A DNA stretch of 64,000 nucleotides from Phaeosaccion multiseriatum (GCA_965112735.1 OZ218950.1:5332001-5396000); one strand, 5' to 3'. Counted from the stretch's first letter, positions 26,929 to 39,938 are shown. Numbers and translations are program-made. The notes: generated by a model from the sequence alone, not told the origin.

Positions 26929-29900
26929 TCAGCTGCCGCCCCCGTCGCCCTCGCTGTCGTCGGAGTCCTCGTCCGATGAGAAGTCGGAGTCGCCGAACAG
27001 CCGCAAGGCCACCTCTGCTTGCACTTTTGGATGCTATTTTGAAGCGAATAGAGGTCAAGGGGCAAAGGAGGAGGCGAGGAAGATAAGAACAAAGGATGAA
27101 AGGACAGTGGGACAGAGCGAGGTATCAATGTCCCAAACCCCCTCCCCCCCCCCCTTCTCCCCTACCGGGCCGACAAACGCACGTACCCCTGCCTTTTTGG
27201 TGCGTACTTTCTTCTTTTGCTTGAGCTGCTCCCGCTCACGGGCAATGGCTGCAAAACAAGCACACAGAGACCAGGCACGCGCGCACACACACACACACAC
27301 ACGTACGTATACACACATACAAAGGGGGTAGAGTTTGGAGGCGTTAGGGTTAGGGTAAAGTAGATGGAGGACAGCAAAGCAAAGCAATCTCTGTGGGTCT
27401 ACGCACCATCTTCCTCCCTCTCAAAATTGGCTAAGCCTTCGGGATCGAGTTCCTGGTCGAATACGACAACCAAGTCTCCCTCCTGTAAGAGCTTCTGGTC
27501 CGCGCCCTTGCCCGCCTTCTTCCCCTTCCTTCCCTTCCCCCCCCCGCCACTGGCCCCTCCTACTGCGGCCGACTCGCCGTTCTGGCCAAGGCGAGTCTGC
27601 GCATGGTTATCGATTACATTGTTATCATGACGCACGCAGGAGAGAAGAGGAGGAGAGTGAGTAACCCAAAATGTGTGGCACTTCGTGTGAGGGACGAACA
27701 TGTGCCCTTGCCCACCACGGACACACACAAGAGAGATAGAGAGAGAAAGAAAGAGAGAGAGGGTAGGTTGCAGTGCTTGTACCAACGCACTTACCCACAC
27801 GTGTTTGTTTGCATTCTGCTTGACAATGCCTAGTCTCTCCTTCGGGATGACTCCGTCAAAAGCAGACGCGCAGCACGCCTGGAAATCTGGCAATGTTGGC
27901 CGAGCTCCCTTCTCGCCCTCCACCACCACGCACACCGGGGGGCCCGGCCACGCGGGCACATCGACCTTGTCTCCCAACGGGTCTCGCCTCATAAACGCCC
28001 AGAGGCAAATCGCGTTGGGCCCGACTGCCGGGTCCAGGCCATTGAGATAGCCCACACCCTTCGAGGGGGGTGCCAGCATCACCACGAGCGGGCGTCTCCC
28101 TGCACAAGAGAGGCGGAGATGATGACCAAACCGAATAAGGGAAGTGGGTTCAGGGTGCTGCGTACGACGAAAAGCGCTCGTATGCGAAGAAAGGGCGGGT
28201 TCACGTACCAGTCACTTTCACGCGTTTGAGGTTCCGCATCGCCCCATTTCCCCCATCCCGTATGATTCGTCCGGGCAGCCCATCGTCGCGCAGCTAAGGT
28301 GGAAGAAGGGGTGGGGAATGTGTAACACAGAAGAAAGGAACGGAACATCATGAAACGCAAGGGGGCAGAGGAGACGCAGAAGGAAAGAAGTGAACGACGC
28401 ACGTGCACCACCTACCTCTCGAAGAAGCAAATTTTTCTCGTCAAGAGAGCCGGCGCTGACCATCGCAGTCCCCTCGTCCGCGTCTCTGTCTCTTGTTCCT
28501 TCTTCGTCTCCGTGGCAGCCTCCATCTGGAGACCCAAAGTCAGTGTACATCGTTGCCGTCCCCACTGCGTTCGACGGCTCATAGCCGCCGCCCCCCCCCC
28601 CTCCTCCTCCTCCTCCTCCTCCTCCTCTCCTCTTCTTCTTGGCTTCTTTCTTCTTCGTGCCCCTAGTGGGATTGCGATTCGCCTTCTCTCGTTCCGTCTT
28701 CAAAGCCGTGCAAACACTCGTTCTGAGCCTGTGCACCATCTCGTTCTCAAAGAGTGATACCGATACCAACGGACGGACCAGCTGCTTGCGGTACTGAATC
28801 AGGCGGTCGAGCGCATCTCCTTGACCAGTCCCTGCGTCCCCTCCCCCTTCCAGCGGCTCCTCAATGCCGAGCCGCTCTTCATCTGGCCTCCACAAGAGCA
28901 CTTCCACCTTCACTTGACCAGGCACCGGGGACTCCCCCTCCTCAAGAAGCACGGTGTCGGACTCTGGGATTCCAGAGTCCTTGAGCTGAATAGGCCGAAT
29001 ATCGTGCACCCCCTTGGTACCCTGATCCTTCTTGGTGGCCACCACACCCTCCATCGCCTCGTCGTTCCAGTTGAGAAGACGAACTCGTCTGGGGATATCT
29101 ACACATCCCTCGAGAATCTTCTTCTCCTCAACAGCAACCTTCACCATCTCCTCAATGACGCGATCCACAATCCAGTCCACTTGCACTTCCACCTCCAGCG
29201 TGCCAGGCAGGCGAAATCCAGCCTTCGCCGGGTTGAGCTTCACCTCACGGTCGTTGCCCTCGACGACAACAAAGCGCACCACCGTTCTTCCCTCCGTCGT
29301 GACTGGCGCCCTGTAAGTGCAAAGGAAATGGAGTTCACAATTAGGTCGTTGGAACAGATAGAGCACTTTCTTGCTCCTTCTTCTCGTCCCCCCCCCCCCC
29401 CCTCACCTTTCCAACATGAGAGCTGAACCGTCTCGTATCATCGCTGCCTTGAGTGTTTCCTCGCCAACATCCAGAACAAAGCCCGACTTCTTGAGCCTTG
29501 TCAGGGCCAGCAACTCCGATATGGGTTTCTCCTCGACAGAGACTTGATGCAGCACGTCCGGAGCGGGGGGCTCTGGCACTCCAATAAATGCCTTCGCTAG
29601 CACCATCCTTTGAAGCATCTCCACTGTGGTTTCCGTCTCGTCGCACTCAATTTCCACTGTAGAGGACAGGAACGTGGACGAAAGGAGCACTGGTAGGTTG
29701 GAGGCTGACACGGGTGCGTAGCCCTTAGCCTTCATCTCCGTCACGAGGGAGGGTTCCAGCTCAATGCTGACCCTGACCAGTTGGCTCTGCAAAGTCGCGT
29801 AGAGCTCCGCAAGAGTGTCGCTAAAGTTGCTGTCATCCTGCACCTCGACCAAGAGCTGACCAACAAGAGCGGAGGAAGAACACGCACACACACAACACAC

Positions 29901-29989
29901 ACACAGGACAAGAAGCACGAGAGGTCAGGTCGCCCGGCCGACGGATATCCTTTTGTCCCTTTCACCAAGGCAGGCGGAGGGCGGGCGAG

Positions 29990-30020
<31 letters not shown>

Positions 30021-33000
30021 ACCTCCTGATCTTGCATGAGCTGAAAAATCGCGCCGTGGCCCCGGCCAGCAGGCTCGACCCTGCCCAGCTCCACCGCTTC
30101 CACCTTGCGCCCCCTTCCAGTCGGCTGTAATGTGGAAACGATGAGGGTCTGCATGTTCGCCATGTCAGGTAGCTTTGCTCGCAACACCTTCCGCATGTCG
30201 TCCTCCCTGGTCTCCACGCACAGAATCTCATTGAGCACCTTGCTGCTTACGGGACCCCCCCTGCTGCTGCCCGTGTCCTGCCGTGATAGATAGCGCAGCT
30301 TCACCTCGACTGGGCGCGTAGATGGCGCACCGATGCTCCCCAGCGCAATCTGCTTCCCCGCCAAGACCGACCCTTTGGTATTGTTCGCCCACGCGCAGAG
30401 CACAGAGCCATCCTCAATACCCGCTACCTCTCGCAGAGAGACTCCACCCGGACTACCGCCACCGTTGCTGGTGATGCTGCTGCTGCTGCTGCTGCTGCTG
30501 CTACCATTGGCATAGGCAAGTGTAGTCGATGCATCGTCGAAGTGCTTATCCAGGTAAAAGCCCGGACCGTGGAGAGCCAACAGAGTAAGCTGAACGTCGC
30601 CAACTTTGCGACTCAGGCCACGCTTGGCGCAGTCTCCTTTCGATCCCACTTTCTCAAGGACCAATTGCTTGAGGTCCGTGAGAGTAGCGCGGTCGTCGAT
30701 GTCGAGCTCTACTGTGTCCGCCCCTGCCGGATCCTTCTTGACCAAGTGGTGCCCCACCCATTTGAATTGACTCCCAAACATCACCTATACCAACAAACGA
30801 GCGCGTTCCAAGTATTAAAAGGGAGAAGAGGGTAGAGTCAACAGGTGCTTAACCCAAACCTTGAGCTAGCGCTCCCGAACTCCAGCTTTCCATGACTCAT
30901 CGCCCTTCTATCACGCTGCCCACACCCCTCCCATACCTACCTTTAGCGAGAGCTTGTGCGAGCCCGTCTCGAACATTTCCCGCTCTTTCCTCAGGGCTGC
31001 GTTCTCCTCTCCCACTCTCTTTTGCCAGTACTCAGGCGGTTCTATGGTCATCTCGAGTTCGTCTAGTTCCTCGTCTTGTCCGTGGTCCAGCCAGCGCCCT
31101 CTGTTGAGCGAAGCAAAGGATTGGATGGCGCACACACCTCGAGATCAATTTGTGGACGTGACATGCAGTGCAAAGGCCAACGAGAGCAAGAGGACACACC
31201 CAACGACTGACCTGTAGATGAGGATGTAAGCGCTCTCCCTGCCTTCGAAAGGCTTCTCCAAGTCACGCACGCTGATGGGATTGATGTTCCGGTCGTCAAA
31301 GTTGAACCAGCGACCGAAGTCCTCCGCCATCACGACTTCGATCTGCAAAGGGGGAGGGGGGTTGGGGCAAGAGCTTGCTTTTAGTTGATAGTCAGAGGTT
31401 TGTCTCTCTCTCTTCGCAATTCCACAAATGCTCCGACACACCTCCACATTCTGGTCCTTCGACAGTCCCTGGACCCTCTCCCCCTTCTCTCCATGCCCAC
31501 TCAACCCAAGGGCCTTGGCCTGCTGCTCAGCACGGGCCGCTTCAGTCATGGCACGCTGTACTTGAAGTTCCGCAGCGCTGGCTTGTGCACTCTGTGCGCG
31601 TGTGTGAGCGTGTGGGTGGGGGGGTGTGGGTGAGTATGCGTGAGAGCGTATGCACGAGAGGAGCAGCGACTAAGACTTGTTCCGCGCTTGTCCAGCTTAT
31701 CGCCCTCACCTTCTCTTGAGCCGCACGCTCCAGAGACCTGAGCTTGCTCATTGGTACCGCTGTCTCCGTGTCCGGAGAGTTCTCCCGTGCCCCATGCACG
31801 GTTCCGCCTCCGCCTCCTCCTCCTGCTTCCACATACTTGGGCTTGCGGGCTTTCGAGGGTACAGCTTTCGCCGTCTCTCTGGGAGGCAAGTCCGCAGGCT
31901 CCTATTACAGCAAATGGGTGTTAAAGGAAGGGATGCTGTGGTCAGAGGTTTTGCTTCGTTTAAAGCAAAGTCAACACACACACATTCACATCCTTCTCCA
32001 CAGTTGCACGTACTTGTATGAGCACGACCAGCTCACCGCGGTCTTCTCTGACCCACAAGTACCTGCCAATGGGGAAACAAACCAAGAGCAGAAAGGAGGA
32101 GAAGGAGAAGAAGAAGAAGAAGAAGAAGAAGAAGAAGAAGAAGAAGAAGGAAGAAGAAGAAGAAGAAGAAGAAGAAGAAGAAGATTGATCAGCAGGGCGG
32201 TTCCGTTACACTCTGCCTTCCCGACCCTGCTCTACATGCAGGTTCTTTCCATCGTGCAAACCAACCAACCTTTGATGCCGCCGGATCAAGCCGTGGATGT
32301 AGCCCGAGATGATCAGGTTGGTCTCCTCCTCGAGCCTCGTAAGAAGCACCGCCTTCAAGAGCGACGGCCCGCGGGCACTAGGAGTGCCGCAATCCCTGAG
32401 TATCTTGCACATTGCCAATATCACCATATCATCATCCTTGGCTACGATTCTTCTCCGTTCACCCTCGTTGCGTAAAACTACCGCCGCGTTGTCGGCCTTG
32501 TTCTCCTTGCCCGCCTTCTTCCCCTTCTTTGCCTTGTCCTTGCCCTTTACGGTCCACACGTCGTCACTGCCTCCTTCGTCCACTGATGGGCCGCTCCCCT
32601 TCGAAAGCGGAACGAATGGGCCGCTTAGCGTCTCCGCAGCTGCTGCTGCTGCGCTACTACCTACTGCAGCCATTGCCTCCTCCTCGACAGCGTACGCCGC
32701 CATGGCAGCCTCGCCATCCGCCTTCTCCTGAGCGGCTCTTGCAAGAGCCACTGCATCAGCTGCTGCGGCCACGGCCGCCGAGGCGCTGTTTCTCTGCGCT
32801 GCGAGATGAAACGGATCAACTCTCTCCCTGTCCTCTTTGGCGTCTATGCTGCTGCTAGTTGGGGGATTGCCCTTCCCAGCTTGCCCTGGTGCTGCTCCTG
32901 CTCCTGCTGCAGCACTCGTCAACCCTGGAGGTTGCCACGTCTCACTCTCACTGCAGTCCCGAATATACGCATGATAATGCCCAGAATGTGCCCCGCCGCT

Positions 33001-35068
33001 ATGGATCACGACCGCGAAAAGGTCATACACCATGTCCTCCTTCTCAACACGCTGTGCAAGCTCCTGTCCTTTGACTTCGTCCATGCTCTGCTGCTCTCCC
33101 CGCTGGACGATAAGAGAGCTCTGCCTGACTGCGTCGCACACATCCTGCTGCTCCCCTGCATGCTGTAGCTCCGAGTATAGCTGGGCAATCTCCCCTTCCT
33201 CGTCCTCTTGGGCTAGCTCTGGGTTCTTGAGAATGAGGTCCTCCTTTCGCCTCTGCGTCTCCTTCCACGCTGCACCGTCAACGAAGGGCTTCATGCTCAT
33301 CCGCAGGGGATAGGCGAAGCGGTCATTCACCTGTACAGCGAGGAGGCGCCGCAGGAGTAATGGTGGGTCTTTCCATCGAGAGAATAGTTAATGAAAAGAC
33401 CAAGGCATTCTACGCACAAAAACGCACCTTCACACGCTCGCCGGTGTTCCGATCATAGTCAAAGCGGTTGAGACTCAGCACGAGTAGGGGGGGGAGCTTG
33501 GATATTCGCTGGCTTCTCAGGGCCAACGTCCGGCTCTCACAGCGGTCGCAGTGGTACTTGTTGTCACCCGCCAGCAACTCTGGGCGTGTGTACGCGAGCA
33601 GCGAAGACATGACGTCTTTCCGGCCACTCACCTAAGGAGGGGAGGTTTGCGGGTTGCTGTGTTAAAGACGGATAACCCCAAGACCTGTGTGCTGATAAAA
33701 AGAAATAGTCCACTTACCCGCAATATGAGGTCCCCAAAGCTCTCCTCTCTCTTGCTGACGTACTTGCACTGAAGGCACTCTACTTGGTTGACAAGCGTTC
33801 CCTTGTAGAGGCGAGGCACGAGCTTCTGGAACTTTGTCTTGTTGAGCGACTTCTCCAGCGCTTCCAGCAGCTTTCGATTCAGCTCGTGCACGTCGTGCTG
33901 GGGGTTGGTGGGACGTGAGGGTTGAGGATGGGTGAGTCTCACCGTTCTCTCTCTCTTTCGACTCAAGAGACCAAGGGCACACACCTGGACTCTGCCGTCG
34001 TCTCCCTCCCACTTGAAGCCCTTGGACGTCAGGTCCTCCGTGGAAATCGTGTGCCTGTCGACAAGCTCAAGCCGGGTGAACAGGCGTTGCAGCTCCAGGG
34101 GAATCAGCTTTGCCCTCGACAGCCCCTGCACACGGGGGTTGGAGGACATGAGGATGTAGGGGTCATTTACCCAGAGCAAGACAGAAACAGTTTACCAACC
34201 ATTGGCGAGCCACTCTATACCTTCTTTTTGAGCTTCTTGCTGCTCTCCACGGCTGCGAGATGCGCCTCTGAGGTGCCGTATCCTGGAAGCGGCGTGTCGA
34301 AGTCTGGGTCTTCCGAGTGCTGGATGACCCACTCCATAGCCTCAGAGACGCCTTTGTTGCCAGTCCGTATAGCAGCCTTGGTCGCTCCATGCTCTGAAAA
34401 GCCCATGTCGCGGATTTCCTTAACAATGGCGGCATCCTGGAATATCCGCGCGAGGCGGTGGGGGGGCGGGGGGGGGGGGGTACAGAACAGCTCGCACCTC
34501 ATATCCAAAGGGGTTGCCCATGGATTCAATTCAATACAAGGCACAGCAGCAGCGGCGACTTGAGGAGGAACCGCGAGAAGAAGTTGCTCACCGGTTCCGG
34601 CCCTTGTCTTTGCCCCAGCAGCTTGTCCTTCTCCCGTTGCCGCGCTTGCTCAATGTCTTGCGTTCGCTTCCGCTCCTCTGCCTCCTGCTCGAAGAAGAAG
34701 AAGAGAGCACATATTTGGGATTACTTACTTATAATCCCTCCCGCTCCGTCCCTTGCCTCCCTCCCCCCCTCCCTGCATCCTCCCCCCCTTTCTCTCTCTC
34801 TCACCTGCTCCTCCTGAGCACCCACTCCGAGCAGAGTGGGGTCAATCGCGTAGAGGCCACTTCTCAGCTCGGGCGCCATGTACATGGCCTGCAGGAGAGA
34901 GTTCAAGTAGCACGTGGCTCCCTGATTATCCAACCCCACAAAGCCACTCTCCTGCCGGCCCGGATCCGGAGCGGGGCCATTTCCTGCTTGCCCACCAGCA
35001 GCGGATGGAGTGGACCCCTCCACAGGATAAGAGCCATCGTCAAATGACTCTTCGAATGCACCAAGCAT
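26929..35068 (-). CDS. USP40: Ubiquitin-specific protease, USP40-like, with inserted UBA and C-terminal ubiquitin-like domains
   Basis: Cys box [35 protein letters not shown], zinc ribbon CLQC/CDRC, His box [33 protein letters not shown]. Last exon [28 protein letters not shown]. Start [10 protein letters not shown] resembles the USP40 N-terminus. Confidence 0.88.
32106..32183. repeat. (GAA)n microsatellite in a USP intron
   Basis: Near-perfect gaagaagaa run. Confidence 0.9.
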
Positions 35069-35217
35069 TGCTGCGCGCTCCTCTACCACCCCCTGTTGTT
35101 CATTGAATTACTTGATTGAGAGGGAATGGGCGGGGGGGGGGGGGGTGAGCTGATACTTCAATTTCCCCCCCCCACGGCGGCACTAAAAGTAAAAAAATCA
35201 TTAGACCCGGACCCGCG

Positions 35218-37196
35218 ATGCGCCGCGGAAGGTGCTGTGCCCGCGGGCCACGCTTTGCTTTGACTGCGGGGCTCGCTTGGTGGTGGTGGTGTGCGGCAGC
35301 AGACGTGGTGGTGGCCTTTCAGCAGCAGCCGGCGCCGCACGGGCCGCGAATACTGGTACGGCGTGGCGGGGGGTGGAGGCGGCCAAGCAGCACGACAGAG
35401 GCGGAGGTGGGAGGGAGCCCAGGCGCTCTGCCAGACCTTACGCAGGAGGAGGTGAACCGGTACAGCCGACACCTTATCCTGGGGGATGTTGGGGTGATAG
35501 GACAGCAGCGCTTGAAGCACGCGCGAGTGCTGACCATCGGGGCCGGGGGCCTTGGCAGTCCGTCTCTGCTCTACTTGGCAGCGGCAGGTGTTGGGCACCT
35601 GGGTATTGTGGACAACGATGTTGTGGATGAGAGCAATCTGCAGCGGCAAATCATTCACGGGGTGGACACGTTGGATAAGCCCAAAGTCGACTCTGCCAAG
35701 GAGAGGATTCTGGGCATTAATCCCAACTGCAATGTCACCGTGTACCAGAAAATGCTGACCTCCGAGAATGCGCTGGGTATCGTGGAGGGCTATGATATTG
35801 TGTTGGATGGGAGCGACAATTTTCCCACAAAGTATTTGGTGGATGATGCTTGTGCCATTTTGAACAAGGTGAGTAAGTGGGAGCTTGTGGGGACGGGGGG
35901 TGTAGAGCTGCATGGAGCGAGACTTTCATAGTCGGTGCGAGATTTGGGGGGGGGGGGCGATTACCTTGTGAATGCAGTCTTTAGGAAGTTTCCCCGTCTC
36001 TACAGTTTGCGGCCCGAGAGAATAAATAAATCGCTTCGCAAGCGATGGAGGCAGCAGAGCACCTTCACCAGCAGTATCAACGACACAGATGGGGCTCAAT
36101 GTCCTCTCTGTGTGGTCACCACGCCAGCCACAGCCACGGCCCCTCAGCCCACACCAGCGCGGTGTGTTTCTTTTCGCGTCGTCTTCGTCGTTGTCGTCGC
36201 AGTTTTCTCGATGCGTAAACGTGTCATGTTGTCGCCGCTTCCTTCCCCACGGTGTCCCAAGCCCAATGTGTACGGCGCCATTTTAGGTTTCGAGGGCCAG
36301 GTCTCTGTCTTTTCCTACCAAGGCGGGCCCACGTATCGAGATTTGCTGCCCAACCCCCCTCCGCCTGGCGAGGTACCGAGCTGCGCTGAGGGAGGCGTGT
36401 TGGGTATCCTGCCTGGAGTCATTGGCTGCATCCAGGTGAGGGGAGCGAGATTGGGGCCCTGCGAAGACGAACCGCCGACGCAGGGCTCACCTAACCATCT
36501 TGCTGTTTTGTCGTATGTGTCCGTCGGCCCTGGTGCCCTGCCTCTTGTGGGCAACAGGCGACAGAAGTGATCAAGATTATCCTCCGCAAGGGGCAGGTGC
36601 TGAGCGGCCGGCTTTTGGTGTACGACGCGCTGAAGATGGCCTTTAAAGAGAGCATCCTCCCAAAACGCCCCAACACTAGCGCAGTCACAAGACTAATCGA
36701 TTATCAAGGCTTCTGCGGCTTTAGGTGAGACTTTTCAACTTTTGGAATGCACAGGTACGTTTTGTGTTCTTACATTTTTTTATTTTGTGTGTGTACTGTT
36801 TGGGAGCGCAGCACACCAACGCCCCAGGAGGAGGAGCCCTCTGCTGCTGCTGCTCCGCCCGCGACGGGCTTCACTCAACTTTCTGTGCAAGAAGCAGTGG
36901 CGCGGTTCTCCACTGGCTGGTCACCCTACGTCCTCGACGTGCGCCTGCCCACGGAGGCTGCCATCTGCGCGCTGCCCTTCGCCGACCGCGTGTGCCCGCA
37001 CCGAGAAGTGGACCAGTTGGTCGTCCAAGGCAAGCTCCCCGAAGACAGAGACATTCTGGTACACTGCAAGGGAGGCGTCCGGAGCGAGAAGGCATGTAGG
37101 ACCCTGGAAGCGCTCGGCACGCAGCGACTGTTCAACCTTGAGGGCGGCATCATGGCTTGGGCCAAGGAAGTAGATCCGAGCATGGCAACGTACTGA
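35218..37196 (+). CDS. moeB: MoeB/ThiF adenylyltransferase + rhodanese (MoeZ type), probably plastid-targeted, 4 exons
   Basis: Motifs RYSRHLIL..GQQRLK, IGAGGLGSP, DVVDESNLQRQ, DGSDNFPTKYL, GPTYRDLLPNPPPPGEVPSCAEGGVLG, LIDYQGFCG, and rhodanese LDVR..HCKGGVRS..NLEGGIMAW. Leader ..WWWCAAADVVVA|FQQ. Confidence 0.92.
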
Positions 37197-38147
37197 GAAG
37201 CTTCCAGCGGAGTGAGCACGATGGATATGAGAGGCAATGCACGGCATTGCCGAGCTAGCTCCGCGTGAACTCCCCGTAACTAGGTTCTCCTCTTGTCGCT
37301 CGCCCACCAGAGACGATGCAGCAACAGACGCACTGCACTGCCTTGGTATGGTAGCGACGGCGGACGACGTGTGGTGGCGTGCGCACCCGACGGCATGAGC
37401 AGTTTCCGTTTGATTCAAGGGGGTTTTGCTCGCTGGATATGCACAAGGATGGCGATGGCGATGATGCACACCTCTGGCTCCAGCGTGGGAGCTGGCGCGG
37501 AAATTTCCTCCTCTGTCGGTAACTGTATTTTGCAAAGCACTCTTCTTTCGTCGTGTCGAGTCGTATGCGACTCACGCGGGTGCTCCGGACTTCCCGTCTG
37601 TCGGTGTCCTGAGAGGGGGGGGGCCACCGGCCGAGCGGACGAGGAGACTTTACCCCAGCGCTGCGCGTAACAAACGAATAATAAACTGGGGCTCAAAAAC
37701 AACGGCACCCCAAACACGTAACATCGTCGCCAGGTTTGACACGAAATAATGTACAGTATCGTCATCATTTGGAAGGACGCTTCTGTTGTCCTTGGGGGTT
37801 TAGTCGCGGGTGGTGGATGAAAGGAATGCTAAAGGTTACAAGGTGGCCTTCGGGCTGCGCCCTTGGCAGAGTTCTTTTCTTTCTTTCCAGGTAGGAAGGC
37901 GCTTATAAGAAAATCGCCACACTGGGATTGGACTGGTCGATAGCCTCTTTTTTTCGAGTCTCGAGAGGCTCTACATCACGTAAGGAGCGAAGGGGTGATA
38001 AGGTGGGAGAGTGAGGGAAGGTTAGGAGGTAGTGTTGGCATTAGCAACGTCTAAGATACAAAATATATATTCATCTCTTCGTGGGGAGGAGTGGAGTGAA
38101 CACCAGGCGCGTTCGACAGGTGTTGAAAAGGGGAGGATCGCCCCGCC

Positions 38148-38176
38148 AAAAAAAATAAAATAAAAAAAAAAAAAAA
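38148..38176 (-). terminator. RNA polymerase III poly(T) terminator downstream of the tRNA
   Basis: Long A-run on the + strand (T-run on -) starting 2 nt after the tRNA 3' end. Confidence 0.75.
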
Positions 38177-38178
38177 TT

Positions 38179-38273
38179 AACCCTGAGAGGGACTCGAACC
38201 CTCAACCCGCAGATAACTCGTATGACAAGTCACTTCGTAAGAGTCTGACGCTCTACATTGGAGCTACCAGGGT
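38179..38273 (-). tRNA. tRNA-Lys(CTT) with a 23-nt intron; atypical D-loop
   Basis: Acceptor ACCCTGG/TCAGGGT; D arm GCTC-CAATGTA-GAGC; anticodon arm TCAGA-CT-CTT-A[intron 38237-38215]A-TCTGC; T arm GAGGG-TTCGAGT-CCCTC. Confidence 0.85.
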
Positions 38274-39165
38274 TGATATGTGGGGGTAGTTTTTAGGGAT
38301 TCTAAATCTAAATATAAAATATATTTGTTGTATCTCCTCTCGCCTTCCCTCACATGGGCATTAGTGGTCTGGGAGGTGGAGCGGCCACCACACACGTACC
38401 AGAGAAAGTTCTTGTCTTTTGTTGTGCTGTTGCTGGTGTTTTCCGTCTAGCGTTTGCCATTCCTTCCCATTGCAAAAAAAAAACATCCATCTCTTTGTTG
38501 AACAGGCTGTCGACTTGAGAAGGGGCGCCACTGAGGGGCGCCACTGCCCTGGCTCACGCGCTAACACTGCCTGTCTGCGAGAGACAGACCACGGCCATGC
38601 ATAGTTCGGACATGGTGATGGCGGCTTTGACCGCTCGGAGGGGGGAGAGATTATATGTATCGTTACTCCATGCCTTACACTAATGGCTCTCTCCCTTCTA
38701 ACCCCCTAGGTGCCTGTATTTTCATTTCTTACGCTCGCCGTGTGTAGGCGCTCCTTTCTTTCCCTCACTCCCACCGAACCTGAACCGTAACGGCAGCAAG
38801 TTCTTTCTTACGCAATGTAGAGCCTCTCAAGCCCGAAAAAAAAGACATTGAGACTCCCCATGTCGAAGTGTTGGCCCATACAACTGCATCTAATTTTCAC
38901 CCTTTTGTCAACCCGTCCTACTTGGAAAGAACATACTGCTCTCCCCTCTTGTCATCCCCCTTCCTTTTCCGTCCTCCTGCGTGAGGAGGTTGCTGAGGTA
39001 GGTGAACATCTTGCGGTCCAGGGCGCTGGCGAAGGGCGTGTCCATGGACGGAGCATCTCCTTGAGCCTCTGGTTCACCCGGAGTCAAGTCACAATCGTGT
39101 TGTTCAGTCCGCAAGTGAATCAGCCCGTCCGATCGAGGCCCAAAGCGCAGTCGTGTCCCCTTGGC

Positions 39166-39540
39166 GTGCTCCTGCGTCACATGCGCTCGTCCCTACTACC
39201 CTGTCTTAGCGTGTGAGCCAAGGGGGTGGTGCCCCTCCTCAACTCCACTCTCAGCAGCTGCCACACAGCCTGCTGTTCACTCCACGCTCCTCCCCACAAC
39301 AAGGAGATGTGTATCAGATGTAGTACACTACCGTCCTGAATCCCCGTGTCCCTGTGCTCCTGCGTCACATGCGCTCGTCCCTACTACCCTGTCCTAGCGT
39401 GTGAGCCAAGGGGGTGGTGCCCCTCTCAACTCCACTCTCAGCAGCTGCCACACAGCCTGCTCTTCGCTCCACGCTCCTCCCCACAACAAGGAGATGTGTA
39501 TCAGATGTAGTATACTACCGTCCTGAATCGCCGTGTCCCT
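39166..39540. repeat. Tandem duplication, ~188 bp x2, containing a ubiquitin-like coding fragment on the minus strand
   Basis: Units start at gtgctcctgcgtcacatgcgctcg (39166, 39354) and are nearly identical. The minus strand reads DTGIQDGSVLHLI / DTAIQDGSILHLI. Confidence 0.85.
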
Positions 39541-39873
39541 CGTAACCCCCTTGCCCCCGTATCCTGTGCTCCAACGCCCGCTGTAGATGCTCCTAACCTT
39601 CCCTCACCCTCCCCAGCTTGCCACACCTCGCCATCAACCACATGTCACATCGTCACACTGTCCCAAAACTCGCACGCCCTCAACCTCAATTATAGACCTC
39701 CTCGATTCCGAATGTCGAAGTGCTGACCCATACACTTACACTTGTCTACCTTACGCCCTCACCTGGTCCTTGTCCATACAGTTCTACCCTCCACCCGTGC
39801 GGCCACCACCTCTGCCTCAGCGCTTGGCCTGAAGGACGGCGTTGGCCTGAAGAGATTGCTTCCGCTCCGGCGC

Positions 39874-39875
<2 letters not shown>

Positions 39876-39916
<41 letters not shown>

Positions 39917-39938
39917 GTGTGTGTGTGTGTGTGTGTGT
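39876..39938. repeat. (GT)n microsatellite
   Basis: Interrupted gtgtgt run. Confidence 0.85.

Noticed and set aside
37200-37900. Possible small spliced gene on the minus strand behind MoeZ
   Set aside because: Exon-like pieces exist, but no recognisable protein or consistent frame could be built
35218-38273. tRNA-thiolation cluster (Uba4-like enzyme next to tRNA-Lys)
   Set aside because: The anticodon is CTT (C34 is not thiolated) and the enzyme looks plastid-targeted and MoeZ-like; adjacency is probably chance
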